From: a virus
Taxonomy: Duplodnaviria; Caudoviricetes
Virus record (IMG/VR): IMGVR_UViG_3300002988_000051
Span: 1 to 53,432 of that record
Length of the DNA stretch: 53,432 nt
Strand: one strand, 5' to 3'
Each line of letters begins with the position of its first letter. Within the stretch, counting starts at the first letter, position 1. The translations under genes and the position numbers were made by a program. Under the pieces are notes generated by a model. It did no database searches. It saw nothing but the letters and a program-made list of their open reading frames with translations, and was not told where the DNA came from. Below, one piece after another: positions 42,601 to 52,266 of this stretch.

Positions 42601-45600
42601 CGACTTGGCCGGGCAACGCGTTGATGTCGTTCTTCACGTTCATGAGAAGAACAACGGGGAACGCTTCTACTCGTTGCATGACGATCGCGGGACGGTGGGT
42701 CGCCTTGGTGCGGTCCCCGGCGTCGCCTCCGGTGGGGAGGCGGTGGACCCCCTTGGAGTGGGTGACCGTCCCGCGTCGGGAATGATACCCGAAACCGAGG
42801 ACGGCGGCAACTCGTTCGACCAAAAGCGCGACACCGACGACACGCCGGAGGATCGCGTCCGATCGGTGTTGGACGCGGCGGCGATGCCCGGAAACGCGTC
42901 GTCGAAGACGGCGATCGGCGTTGTCGGTCCCTGGCTTGTCGATATGGCGCGAGAAAAACTCGGGGTCGACATCACCGGCTACCGGCATGTGATTGACACG
43001 TCGGCGGTGAAGCACATCCGAAACCGGCATGGAGCCGAGGCGGCGGAGCGGGCTCGAGGTCAAATCCCGCTGACCGACGAGGATATCGCTCATATCCCCG
43101 ACCTGCTGTCCTCTCCCGACAAGGTGGTGTTCGGCACGAAGAACCGGCTTGGACACGATCAAATTGCGTTCGTGAAGACGCTGCCGGACGGATCGACGCT
43201 GTATTTGGAGGAGGTCCGCACCGGGCGCCGAGAACTCGCGGCCATGTCGATGCGAAAGTATCCCGCCACGATGAATGTCGAGGCCGTGGCCGCGACCCTC
43301 GATCCCAACGCCCGAGGCGATGGCGAGAATGGGTTGAGTATAATCGACGCGCCGCGCGATCCCAACATGACTTTCAGCCAAATCGGCGGCGGCGACGACC
43401 CGCGCGGGCGCATCACCTTCAAGCCCGGCCCCGACGGGCGGACCGAGAAGGCGATCATCACCCTGTTCTCGAAGGCCGACCTCTCGACCGTGATGCACGA
43501 GGCCGGGCATCTGTTCTTGCAGATCACGGCGGATCTGCACGCGGCGGAGGGTGAGCGTCTACCCGACCAGATGCGCGCCGATTGGGCCGTCACCCTGGAT
43601 TTCCTGGGGGCCAAGCCCGGCGAGAAGCTAACGACCGAACAGCACGAGACGTTCGCCCGCGCGTGGGAGGAGTATCTTCGCGAGGGCAAGGCCCCGTCGA
43701 AGGGTCTGCGCCGGGTGTTCGAACACGCGTGGGCGTGGCTGCGGGCGGTTTACAAGGGGACGCCGGTCGAGGGGATCAGCACGGAGATGCGCGGCGTCTT
43801 CGATCGGATGATCGCGGCGGATGACGAGATCGCGGCGGCGGCGCGGGAAACCGGTCTCGTCGATCACCTCGCGAAATACAAGGGCGTCGCCACCGACGCC
43901 GAGCTTGAGGCGCTGGCCCGCGCCGCCGACGAGGCCCGCATCGAGGCCAAGGCCCGCGTCATGTCGGCGGCGGTGAAGGAGGCGGAACGCGAGAAAGCCG
44001 CGTGGTGGAAGGAGGCGCGCGCGGCGCTGCGGACCGACGTGGCGCTTGAAATCTCGGATCGTCCGGAATACGCCGCGCTCACGGCGATCACCAAGGGAAC
44101 GTACCCCGACGGCTCGCCCTTCCCGGCGCCGATCAAGCTGTCCCGCGCCGCCGCGGCCAAGCGGACGGCGCTGAAGTCCCTGCCGCGCGGCGTGACGGCG
44201 GAGGACGGCGTTCACCCGGACATCGCCGCCGAGATGCTGGGCTTCTCCAGCGGCGACGAGTTGCTTCAAGCCCTGTCCGCGATCAAGGACAAGCCGCTCA
44301 AGGAGGTGGTCGACGCGGAGACCGATCGGCGCATGGCTGAGACTTACGGCGACATGCGGACGGACGGGACACTTCATGCCCGCGCGCTGGAAGCGATGCG
44401 GGACGAGGAAGCCGGGAAGGTTGTTGCGGCGGAACTCCGGATCCTCCGCCGCGCCGAGGGCGAACGTCTGCGGAAGCTGGCCGAGCGCAAGGCGCAAACC
44501 GAAGGTGGCAAGAAGGCGGCGGAGTATCGCGATGGCGTCGATGGAGCCGACGAGCGCGCGGCCATGGGTGAAGACCCGTCCGCGCTCGACGGCGCGACGG
44601 CTCGGGCGGACGCGAAAGCCGGGGCGGATCAGCGTCGGGCGCAGTCGGCGGCGGTGCGGTCGACCCTCGCCGCGTTTGAGGTCGACGCCGACGCGGCCCG
44701 GCAGATCGCGATCCGGTCGCTTTCAACCAAGCCACTCAAGACCGTCTCCCCCGATCGGTACGAGGCTGCGGCGAACCGGGCGTCCGACCGCGCCGCGCTC
44801 GCCGTCGCGAAACGGGATTACGCCGCCGCCGCCCTGGCGAAACGCGATCAGTTGATCAACCACTTCATGGCGATCGAGGCGCGCAAGCTGAAACAGGAGG
44901 CCGAGAAAGTCGATGACTTCGTTCGGACGTTGAGGAAGTCAAACGACAAGTGGGCGAAGACCCACAACATCGACTTCGTGAACGCGGCGCGCGCGTTGGC
45001 CGCGCGGCACGGGTATCACTTTCCTGATGGGCTGAATCTCGAACAATGGGGCGCGTCGCTCCGCGAGTTCTACCCGGACCGGGCCGACGAGATCGCGGAC
45101 CATCTTTCCGCCGCCATAGCCCCGGAACCTCTGCGCCCGTCGGAGATGACCATCGGCGACCTGCGCGCCTTCCACGAGGGAATCATCGGCCTCCTCCATT
45201 ACGGACGGAAAGAGAGGGAGGCGTTTCTGGAGGGGCGCAAAGCCGATTTCGAGGCCAAACGAACCGAACTCGTCACGGCGATCGAGGCGGAGAACGAGGA
45301 GATCAAAACATCGATCAACCCATCGGCGGACGGTCCGGCGGCGAAGGCGATGGACCAATTGTCGAGTTTTCTGGCCTTGAACACGAAGGCGCGCACCTAC
45401 GCCGAACGCATGGGCGGGCGCGGCGGGATCGGCGATCGCCTCCTCACCGAGGCGGTTCGAGACGCGGAGCTGACGCGCGACCGGAGGAAGGCGGTCGAGG
45501 CGGAAATCGCGGCGCGCATCCTGGAGGAGAGTTACGGGGAGGAGGCGCGGAACGGAAACCTCTATTCCCCGAAGTCGCGCGTCAAGATCTCCGGAACGAA

Positions 45601-47365
45601 CGAGTCGTTGACGCTCCAGGAACGCCTCGCGATCGGCCTCAATTGGGGCAACGAGGAGAACCGCGCCGCGCTGCTGAACGACAAGTTCCGCCGCGATAAA
45701 AAGGGGTTCACCCCCGACGCCTATGACGCCGTTCTGGCGACGTTGGAACGACGCGATTGGGAGTTCATCCAGAAGGTATGGGATCACCTTGAAGCCTTCC
45801 GTCCCGAGTTGGCGGCGCTGGAGCGCGAGGACAAGGGCTTCGAGCCGCGCTGGATCGAGCCGGCACCGTTCACCGTCCGTTTCGCGAACGGCGAAACGCT
45901 GGAGATGCGCGGCGGGTATTACCCGCTGAAATACGACCCCGAACTCTCGAGCGATGTGCGCGAGAACACGGCGGAGGAGGAGGCGCGGGCCTTCGCCGCC
46001 GGTCATTGGGGATCGGCGACGACGCGGGCCGGACACGTCAAGGCTCGCGTCGGTTCGAACGGGAAGCCGGTCAAGTGGTCGTTGAATGTTTGGGAACAGC
46101 ATCTCGGGCGCGTCGTGACCGACATCACCATGCGACGCTCCGTTCGCGGGGTGTGGCGGATGCTGAACGACCACAAGGTCAAGGCCGCGATCGAGACTCG
46201 GATGGGAAAGGACGCGTGGCGTCAACTCGACTTGTGGATCAAGGATGTCGCGGTCGCGGAGCAACGGAATTCCGACGCGATGAGTTCCGTTCTGAATCGC
46301 TTTCGTTCCTCCGTCACCGTCGGGGCGATGGCGCTGAAGGCGACCACCGTCATCACCCAAGTCTCCGGCTTCTCCCACACCATGGTGGAACTGGGAAAGG
46401 CCCGGACGTTGCGCGCCGTCGGCGAGTACCTCGCGAATCCGATCGCGGCGGCGCGGTGGGTCCGCGAGGCGTCGCCCTTCATGGCGTCGCGCGCCGGAGG
46501 AGACCTGAACCGCGACATGCGCGACGTGATCGCCCGCGCTCGAGGGCATGGGTGGCGGGCGGACGCCGTGACCGTCATGTTCTACCCGATCGCCAAGGCT
46601 CAGGCGGTGGTCGACATCCCGACGTGGATCGGCGCCTTTCGCAAGGCCGAGGAGGAGGGCAAGGATCGCGCGACGGCGGTTCGTTACGCCGACTCCGCAG
46701 TCGAGGCGGCGCAAGGCGGAAGCCAAGCGTCGATGCTGTCGGCGTTTGAACGCGGAACCATGGGCGAAACGACGCGCCTCAACGACTGGATCAAGGTCTG
46801 GGGAGCGTTCATCTCGTACTTCAACACCAAGTTCAACATCGCGCGGCGAAAGTGGGAGGGGACGGATTTCAGATCGCCCGCCCAAATCGCCTCTCTCGCC
46901 GGTGACTATCTCGCCCTGTTCTGGCTCGATACGCTGATCGCCGACACGCTCAAAAACGCCCCCTCCCTCTTGTTCGGAAATGGCGGCGACGATGACGACG
47001 ACAAAGGCGTCGCGTCGCGGATCGCCAAATCCGGATGGTCCGCCGTTCAAACGGCGATGGGCATGTTGCCGTTCCTGCGCGAGTTGGCGGGTACGATGGA
47101 GGGCTTCGGCGCGGCTCCGGCGGCTTCTCGTGGAATCGCCAATCTGGGGAACGCGCTCGGCGCGGTCGGTCGAACGGCGTCCGACCTCGCGTTCGGCGAG
47201 GACGTGAGATGGATGCGCCTTGTTCGCGCGATCAACCAGGCCATACCACTCGCGATCCCGTGGCCGTCCGGCCAAGTGGATGCGGCTCTCGCGGCCCAGG
47301 AGCGTGCGAACAAGGGCGAAGACGTTCCCTTGGTCGATTACTTGATCAAACCGGCGAAGAAGTGA
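39686..47365 (+). CDS. 2559-aa polyvalent internal virion/ejection protein (gp16 position)
   Basis: GGAG RBS; Gly/Ala membrane-like stretch; two inserted BECR-like modules (~42300-42680 and ~42900-43260); HEAGH motif at 43496-43510. Confidence 0.82.
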   Translation: MTDFAESFSRYLDKPATDEKGAGDADAQGGFAGSFRAFLDERDAEAESAAKANLYSAMGTNPDQAAKAATLGKRFGLSTDTVLADLGNVERRAVLEDRDRVLQRSPTLRSWLASNPDAAKLVHDDLSTTAGVAAAVDRYNEANSLPARAAQRLGSGWAAMRGEQDVRGAVMAGDALNAFDAIDNGETPNALRSRLYGENAKRHQMLIDDLTDQYFGETPEGRADMRKSHQDVFDKNLDSAAAREDEVEAAPRNPAASAAMEKAGKGDFGDAWGAFMTDPLGVIGQIGMESLPRALPGMAAGVVAGPAAGMGAGSFVSEYGARFLSAMKAEGLDLKKPETRALLRDPEIRKRASEKAATGAAVVAAFDAMSGGMAGEKLLSGARAGASAVREIAREGAEIAAQFGMQASLGMAGEAGAETATGEKLQWGQILAEGLGEGFGAPGEMLSAAGNHAFTRAEPVVRRAGEAERAKVAAEHMDAAVEGVVSSKLMERSPEAAASLLRSQTEGTQSENVFIPAREAQAYFQSAGVTPDALDTMVPGLSGQIREAAPIGADVVIPTADYLTRLAPEHHQGLREDIRSTEGGMTLREANDFDPRKAIEEAASSAEADVDSASARETARATIADDVAKRLSDGGWVAPETAKTQAEIIASFFTTTAERAGVDPEELYRSVNFDVTRSIPDVLRGAGEGVPPALSKALEDLRRGTGQKSDKTLFGPSLLQFVADRGGVIDEGGDLHSQGVDRYHEGKPFQRKVVRNDDGVPLDEMTRKAWEAGYFPESGDERPTINDLRAAMIDENNGRPRYVTESADVDAAGHRAAVEDLARTLDEIGIDPAKHSDAEIVAALRKAADEGSTIAEQALVYDQAARDPIAKVLTGDEVAPAGEPIESLRSKARALMRGWVSGGKSAEIVNADTGMRIGFDRKSFEKAPAKIGERLLRVIPAIPDMLRSGHLLSTEPGNRDGVAKLHKFTSAVDLAGQRVDVVLHVHEKNNGERFYSLHDDRGTVGRLGAVPGVASGGEAVDPLGVGDRPASGMIPETEDGGNSFDQKRDTDDTPEDRVRSVLDAAAMPGNASSKTAIGVVGPWLVDMAREKLGVDITGYRHVIDTSAVKHIRNRHGAEAAERARGQIPLTDEDIAHIPDLLSSPDKVVFGTKNRLGHDQIAFVKTLPDGSTLYLEEVRTGRRELAAMSMRKYPATMNVEAVAATLDPNARGDGENGLSIIDAPRDPNMTFSQIGGGDDPRGRITFKPGPDGRTEKAIITLFSKADLSTVMHEAGHLFLQITADLHAAEGERLPDQMRADWAVTLDFLGAKPGEKLTTEQHETFARAWEEYLREGKAPSKGLRRVFEHAWAWLRAVYKGTPVEGISTEMRGVFDRMIAADDEIAAAARETGLVDHLAKYKGVATDAELEALARAADEARIEAKARVMSAAVKEAEREKAAWWKEARAALRTDVALEISDRPEYAALTAITKGTYPDGSPFPAPIKLSRAAAAKRTALKSLPRGVTAEDGVHPDIAAEMLGFSSGDELLQALSAIKDKPLKEVVDAETDRRMAETYGDMRTDGTLHARALEAMRDEEAGKVVAAELRILRRAEGERLRKLAERKAQTEGGKKAAEYRDGVDGADERAAMGEDPSALDGATARADAKAGADQRRAQSAAVRSTLAAFEVDADAARQIAIRSLSTKPLKTVSPDRYEAAANRASDRAALAVAKRDYAAAALAKRDQLINHFMAIEARKLKQEAEKVDDFVRTLRKSNDKWAKTHNIDFVNAARALAARHGYHFPDGLNLEQWGASLREFYPDRADEIADHLSAAIAPEPLRPSEMTIGDLRAFHEGIIGLLHYGRKEREAFLEGRKADFEAKRTELVTAIEAENEEIKTSINPSADGPAAKAMDQLSSFLALNTKARTYAERMGGRGGIGDRLLTEAVRDAELTRDRRKAVEAEIAARILEESYGEEARNGNLYSPKSRVKISGTNESLTLQERLAIGLNWGNEENRAALLNDKFRRDKKGFTPDAYDAVLATLERRDWEFIQKVWDHLEAFRPELAALEREDKGFEPRWIEPAPFTVRFANGETLEMRGGYYPLKYDPELSSDVRENTAEEEARAFAAGHWGSATTRAGHVKARVGSNGKPVKWSLNVWEQHLGRVVTDITMRRSVRGVWRMLNDHKVKAAIETRMGKDAWRQLDLWIKDVAVAEQRNSDAMSSVLNRFRSSVTVGAMALKATTVITQVSGFSHTMVELGKARTLRAVGEYLANPIAAARWVREASPFMASRAGGDLNRDMRDVIARARGHGWRADAVTVMFYPIAKAQAVVDIPTWIGAFRKAEEEGKDRATAVRYADSAVEAAQGGSQASMLSAFERGTMGETTRLNDWIKVWGAFISYFNTKFNIARRKWEGTDFRSPAQIASLAGDYLALFWLDTLIADTLKNAPSLLFGNGGDDDDDKGVASRIAKSGWSAVQTAMGMLPFLRELAGTMEGFGAAPAASRGIANLGNALGAVGRTASDLAFGEDVRWMRLVRAINQAIPLAIPWPSGQVDAALAAQERANKGEDVPLVDYLIKPAKK

Positions 47366-47431
47366 CCGGCACCCAGCCGATCTCGCGCGAACACTAACCC
47401 CTTTCACATCCATTCCGACCGGAGGCGCCCC

Positions 47432-48307
47432 ATGGCGTTGTCGTCCGAAGCCTCGTCCGTCACCTATTCCGTCACGGCGGGTGTCTCCGCGTTCTCCGTC
47501 CCGTTTCGGTTCCTCGCGGAATCGGACCTTGTTGTGACGACGATCTCCGACGAGTCCGAAAGCGCGCTGACGCTCGACTCCGACTACTCCGTTTCCGGGG
47601 CGGGAGAGTCGTCCGGCGGGGAAATCGCCGTGTCCGCCTCGTTGAAGGTCGGATCGTCGATCGTCATTCGACGGGTCGTGCCCCTCACACAGACGCGTGA
47701 GTTCCCTCTTGGGGGGAGATTCCCGTCAGCCGAAGTCGAAGGCGGCTTCGATCACGCGATCATGGCGATGCAGCAAATATTGGCCGAGATCGGGCGCTCG
47801 ATGCGATATCCGAGCGCCGACGGGATAGCCTCGACGACCGACCTTCCGACGCGATCCGCTCGCGCTGATCGCCTGCTGGCGTTTGATTCGTCGGGAAATC
47901 CGATCGCGTCGTCAGTTGGTGTCGCGGCCCTTGAAGCGGTGCTCGCCGCCCACGTGGCGTCCGGCGACGTGCTGGCGCGGTTTGGCCCGGTCATGTCGGA
48001 CGGCACACTGACCCGCGTCGAGACGGGGATCCCTTTGGGATCGCCCACCCGCGTGATGGTCGTCGTCGGGGGAGTCACGCAAGCCTCCGGCGCCTATGGG
48101 GTGGACGGGACGGTCGTGACCCTCTCCGAGCCGGTGCCGGCGGGGGTGGTCGTCCACGGCCTCATCCTCGGCGTCACCGGCTCGACGGTCCATGACGACG
48201 ACTTGCTCCCCGCGTCGGAGGACCGCCTCGGAGGCGTCCTCGAAGGCGGCGGATTCAATGTCGACGATCAAGGCGTCGTCACCGGCATCGATATGGGAGA
48301 CCTTTAA
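47432..48307 (+). CDS. Tail fibre anchor/adaptor protein (T7 gp17 N-terminal-like)
   Basis: FSVPFRFLAESDLVV, DYSVSGAG...GG, I.R..PLTQ, E.GFD...M..QQ. Confidence 0.8.
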   Translation: MALSSEASSVTYSVTAGVSAFSVPFRFLAESDLVVTTISDESESALTLDSDYSVSGAGESSGGEIAVSASLKVGSSIVIRRVVPLTQTREFPLGGRFPSAEVEGGFDHAIMAMQQILAEIGRSMRYPSADGIASTTDLPTRSARADRLLAFDSSGNPIASSVGVAALEAVLAAHVASGDVLARFGPVMSDGTLTRVETGIPLGSPTRVMVVVGGVTQASGAYGVDGTVVTLSEPVPAGVVVHGLILGVTGSTVHDDDLLPASEDRLGGVLEGGGFNVDDQGVVTGIDMGDL

Positions 48308-49098
48308 TGGCGATATCCATTCAATTCCCCCGCGGCGACAAAGCGAAAAACGACGCGCTGACCGCGGCGCTCGCGTCTTTTTCGGTCGACACCGAGAGCA
48401 AAAACGTCCGCGTGCACGACGGCGCGACCGCGGGCGGACTTTTCGTATTGGCCTCCGTCACTTACGTCGACGCCAAGGTCGCGGCGCTGGTGGGCGCCGC
48501 CCCCGGCGCGCTCGATACCCTCGCCGAATTGGCGGCGGCGCTCGGGGCCGACGCGAATTACGCGGCGAGCGTCACGACCGCGCTGGCCGGTAAGGCGCCG
48601 TTGACACACGTCGGAGCCGGCGGTACCGCGCACGCCGCCGCGACGACGAGCGTCGCCGGGTTCATGTCCGCCGCCGCCGTCACGAAGCTCGCCGGCATCG
48701 CCGACGGGGCGAACAACTACGCGCACCCCACCGGTGACGGAAACACGCACGTCCCTGTCACCGGAACCTCCAGCAACACAAAGGTGCTGAAAGCCGGGTC
48801 GACCGCCGGAAGCGTGGCGTGGGGACAAGTTTTGTGGGGCGAACTGGGGAACGTCCCCGCGACCTTCGCGCCCGCGGCCCACAGTCACGGCGTGTCCCCG
48901 CAGATCGCGACCTCCACCGGAAACGGCTCCGCCACGACGGTCACTCTGCCGCTGTCCAATCCCGGCGTTCTCGTTTTCGTCGGGGGTTGTGTTCAGCCCC
49001 CGACCGCCTACGCCGTTTCGGGAACGGTCTTGACCCTGACCGAGGCGCCGGAAGCCGGCGTCTTGGTGCAGGTCCTTTGCATCCCCGCGAGCATTTAA
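48307..49098 (+). CDS. Tail fibre protein with Mtd N-terminal-like domain
   Basis: IQFPRG...FSVDTESKNVRVHDGATAGG resembles the BPP-1 Mtd N-terminus; LVGAAPGALDTLAELAAALG fibre motif. Confidence 0.75.
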   Translation: MAISIQFPRGDKAKNDALTAALASFSVDTESKNVRVHDGATAGGLFVLASVTYVDAKVAALVGAAPGALDTLAELAAALGADANYAASVTTALAGKAPLTHVGAGGTAHAAATTSVAGFMSAAAVTKLAGIADGANNYAHPTGDGNTHVPVTGTSSNTKVLKAGSTAGSVAWGQVLWGELGNVPATFAPAAHSHGVSPQIATSTGNGSATTVTLPLSNPGVLVFVGGCVQPPTAYAVSGTVLTLTEAPEAGVLVQVLCIPASI

Positions 49099-49109
49099 GG
49101 AGGCGCGCA

Positions 49110-50810
49110 ATGGCTTTGACCCGCTCATCGTCGGCGATGGTGTCGCACATCGCGTCGTTCGCCGGCGCCGTCGCGCGTAAGGTGTCGGATCTCCTCTCCG
49201 ACACCCTGTCCGTCCGTGATTTCGGCGCCGCGGTTGATGGTACGACGGACGCGCGCTCCGCGTTTGCCGCCGCCTCCGCCGCCGGTCCGTTTGTCGTCCC
49301 AAAAGGACGCTACAAAATCGCCTCGTCGCTCTCCATCTCGTCGGCGATGACGATGAGGCCCGGATCGGTGCTTGTTATCCCGACCGGCGTTACCGTCACC
49401 CTACCGGGAGAATTTGAGGCCACTATCGGAAAGCACTTTGAGTGCACCGGAACGGGGGCCGTCGCTTTCTCAAAGGGGGTGATCGGATACGCCGAGTGGT
49501 GGGGCGGCGCCCCCGACAACACGTCGGTCGACAATTCAACGGCGATTACGCAAGCCTTCTCGGCGTGTTCCGAGACGGTTCTTTTGGCTGGAACATACTA
49601 TATTTCGTCGACGTTGTCGTTGAATACTCCGACAAGAGTGCTTCGCGGCCAAGGGAAGGCGTCTTCGTATATTTGCATTCAGTCGGGGAGCCTGGACGCC
49701 ATCCAGGTTGGCCCGACGACTCTGCCCGGTTCTATCGGGGGGTACACCGGGCATATGCAGTTCTATGATTTTGCGGTTACCCGCAACCAGACAATCATTG
49801 TGGCCGGATCGTGCGCCGGTATAAAAATGAGGGGGATACTATTCCCTGTATTCATTCGCGTTGACTGCCGAGATCATATGTATGGGATGTACCTGAACGG
49901 GATTGTCCACGGTAAATTCCACGACTGCTATCATTCTAGGTCGACATTGGCCAACGTCACTAGCGGCGACATTTTCTATGGCTGGTTTTTCAACGGCGGG
50001 TCCGGCATCCCGGCGGCGGGCGGTAACGCCTCCGTTTACTTGCGCGACTGCTCCGCAGGGGCGGGGACAATCGGCACCGGCGTCGACAGCATCGGCTTCG
50101 GCTTCGCCGGGGCGGCGGCGGATACGTTTCTGCTCGGCGGTGAAGTCACAACGTGCAAATCGGGGGTCATCATCTCCGGATCGCAAGGGACGGCACAACA
50201 GCTCGCTGGCGACGCCGACATACATATCATCGGTCTGGTCTGCGACGGCATGGTGTCCGGCGGCAACGGGATCCTCATCAACGCGGCGTCGATTTCGTCG
50301 CTCATCCATGTGCAGGACTGCTATTTCGCGCCCGCGGGCGGCGCGACCCACACCGGCATCAACGTCCAAAACTCCAACGGTCTGATCTCGCTCAAGAACA
50401 ACCAAGTCATCGGCTGGCCGGGGACGACGACCGGTCTCGTCATATCCGGATCCTCGGGCGTCGACAGCGACAACCTCTTGTCCGACTGCGCGGTCCCGGT
50501 TCTGGTCACCGCGTCGTCATCGTGTCGCGTGCGGGATCAAATCTGCAACCAGAACATCAGCGTGTCCGGCATCGGCGCCGTGAGGCTGACCACATCGACC
50601 AATAGATGCCTCGTCGCCCCGATGATCACTGGAGGGGCCAATCGCATGAGTTACGGAGTCCAGTGCGACAGCACAGTGACCCTTAACGAGATCAACGCGA
50701 CACTAATCAACCCGTACGTGTGCGCGAACAACAAAATCGTCCATGACGGCGCTGTCACAGTAAGCGGCGTGTTCGGTAGTGGAAACATTCAATCGGGAGT
50801 AGCGGCATGA
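49110..50810 (+). CDS. Tailspike, right-handed beta-helix (pectate-lyase-like)
   Basis: AAGGAGG RBS; GAVARKVSD.L...LSVRDFGAAVDGTTD; G/S/N/I-rich beta-helix pattern. Confidence 0.85.
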   Translation: MALTRSSSAMVSHIASFAGAVARKVSDLLSDTLSVRDFGAAVDGTTDARSAFAAASAAGPFVVPKGRYKIASSLSISSAMTMRPGSVLVIPTGVTVTLPGEFEATIGKHFECTGTGAVAFSKGVIGYAEWWGGAPDNTSVDNSTAITQAFSACSETVLLAGTYYISSTLSLNTPTRVLRGQGKASSYICIQSGSLDAIQVGPTTLPGSIGGYTGHMQFYDFAVTRNQTIIVAGSCAGIKMRGILFPVFIRVDCRDHMYGMYLNGIVHGKFHDCYHSRSTLANVTSGDIFYGWFFNGGSGIPAAGGNASVYLRDCSAGAGTIGTGVDSIGFGFAGAAADTFLLGGEVTTCKSGVIISGSQGTAQQLAGDADIHIIGLVCDGMVSGGNGILINAASISSLIHVQDCYFAPAGGATHTGINVQNSNGLISLKNNQVIGWPGTTTGLVISGSSGVDSDNLLSDCAVPVLVTASSSCRVRDQICNQNISVSGIGAVRLTTSTNRCLVAPMITGGANRMSYGVQCDSTVTLNEINATLINPYVCANNKIVHDGAVTVSGVFGSGNIQSGVAA

Positions 50811-51139
50811 TCGCATATGCGGTAAACGGTGTCGTGGTCGCCGTCACGCTTTCCCAAGCTCCGGCGCCCGCCGACCTGCCGGAGGGCGCGGAGGCGATTC
50901 CGATCGCGGACCTGTCGGCGCTTCCGGCCCCGGGCTGGTCCCACGACGCCGAAACCGGGAAGTTCTCGCCCCCCCTGATAGCGGCGGTCACGGACCCGAC
51001 GGCGACCGCGAAGGCCGAAATCCTGGCTCTGGAAGCGCTCCAAACGCCTCGCCGACTGCGGGAAGCCGCACTCGGCACCGACGGCGGGTGGCTCGCGGAT
51101 CTCGACGCCAAGATCGCGGCGCTCCGCGCGAGCCTGTAA
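50807..51139 (+). CDS. Tail fibre assembly/chaperone-like protein
   Basis: PGWSHD...GKFSPP and AEILALEALQTPRRLREA.L...I..LR. Confidence 0.65.
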   Translation: MIAYAVNGVVVAVTLSQAPAPADLPEGAEAIPIADLSALPAPGWSHDAETGKFSPPLIAAVTDPTATAKAEILALEALQTPRRLREAALGTDGGWLADLDAKIAALRASL

Positions 51140-51163
51140 CAACTCGCGATCGCGCCTCGCTTC

Positions 51164-51186
51164 GCCCGCTTTCGAGCGGGCTTTTT
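51164..51186 (+). terminator. Intrinsic terminator
   Basis: GCCCGCT-TTCG-AGCGGGC-TTTTT. Confidence 0.85.
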
Positions 51187-51206
51187 GTTGCACGAAAGGA
51201 AAGACC

Positions 51207-51656
51207 ATGACGGCAAATCCCCAAACTCCGCGCGGCGTTCGGAACGCCAACCCCGGAAACATCCGAGAGGATCCGAACGACCGCACCAAATGGCTCGGAG
51301 AGAGAGCCGGCGACAACGACCCGGCGTTCGAGGAGTTCGACGATCCGGTTTACGGCCTTCGCGCCTTGATGAAGATCCTGCTGAAATACCGGCGCGATTA
51401 CGGCCTGTCCACGGTGGCCAAGATCATCGATCGGTGGGCGCCTCCGTCCGAGAACGCCACCTCGGAGTACGCCGCGGCCGTCGCGCGGCGATTGGGGGTG
51501 GGGGTCGACACCCCTCTCGCCCTGACGCGGGAGCACCTTATCACCGTGGCGAGGGCTATCGTGATCCATGAGAACGGGCGTCCGCCGGCGGGGTGGCCCG
51601 CCGATTGGTATTCGGACGCGCAGTATGAGAAGGCCGCCGATCTCGCCCTTGGTTGA
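51207..51656 (+). CDS. Probable endolysin (lysozyme-like, 'P5-like' family)
   Basis: RGVRNANPGNIR, F..P.YG.RA, RWAPPSENAT..Y, I..HENG; lies next to the holin. Confidence 0.75.
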   Translation: MTANPQTPRGVRNANPGNIREDPNDRTKWLGERAGDNDPAFEEFDDPVYGLRALMKILLKYRRDYGLSTVAKIIDRWAPPSENATSEYAAAVARRLGVGVDTPLALTREHLITVARAIVIHENGRPPAGWPADWYSDAQYEKAADLALG

Positions 51657-51703
51657 CGATCGTCCGAGCAACCAAACCCGAAAATCAGGCCCGTTTGTCA
51701 ATC

Positions 51704-51734
51704 GCCCGCCCGTCACCCGACGCGGCGGCTTTTT
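51704..51734 (+). terminator. Terminator-like hairpin between lysis genes
   Basis: GC-rich imperfect stem around CGTC-ACCC-GACG followed by TTTTT. Confidence 0.5.
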
Positions 51735-51758
51735 CATGCCCGAAAGGAGGGCGTCATC

Positions 51759-52190
51759 ATGTCTCTTGGAATCGACGACGCGATTACGAGCGTCAGCGGC
51801 TTGTTCTCGAAAATTCTCGACGCCGCGTTTCCCAACCCGGAGGACAAGGCCAAAGCGGAGGCTGTCGCTCTCGTCGCCCAAGCCGACGCCGCCGTGAAGC
51901 GGTTGGAGGCGACTCAGGCCGTCATGAAGGCGGAAGCGCAGTCCGCCGATCCGTGGACCAGCCGGGCGCGGCCCAGCTTCCTTTACGTCGTCTACGTCAT
52001 CATTCTCGCGGCGATTCCAATGGGCATCGTGTCGGCGGTCAATCCGGACGTGGCGGCGCACATCGCGACCGGGTTCAAGGCATGGCTCGCGGCGATCCCA
52101 TCCGACGTGTGGACCCTCTTCGGGGTGGGCTACCTCGGGTATACCGGCTCGAGGACTTTCGAGAAGACCAAAGGCGTCGCGAAGGGTTGA
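51759..52190 (+). CDS. 3-TM holin (GTA-holin type)
   Basis: AAGGAGG RBS; FPNPEDKAKA, AEAQSADPWTSRARP, LGYTGSRTFEKTKG. Confidence 0.85.
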   Translation: MSLGIDDAITSVSGLFSKILDAAFPNPEDKAKAEAVALVAQADAAVKRLEATQAVMKAEAQSADPWTSRARPSFLYVVYVIILAAIPMGIVSAVNPDVAAHIATGFKAWLAAIPSDVWTLFGVGYLGYTGSRTFEKTKGVAKG

Positions 52191-52266
52191 CGCGGCCGCC
52201 TCTTGGAGGCGACACTCATCCCGTGGTCGATAGGGACCGGGCGTCGTCCAATGGCGGCGGGCGAGG

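Noticed and set aside
36301-47413. Long minus-strand ORFs (750, 851, 824 aa) opposite the ejection genes
   Set aside because: Antisense shadows of strongly codon-biased real genes.
48307-51139. BPP-1-like diversity-generating retroelement
   Set aside because: Only an Mtd N-terminal-like domain is present. No reverse transcriptase motif, avd-like gene or TR/VR repeat pair was seen.
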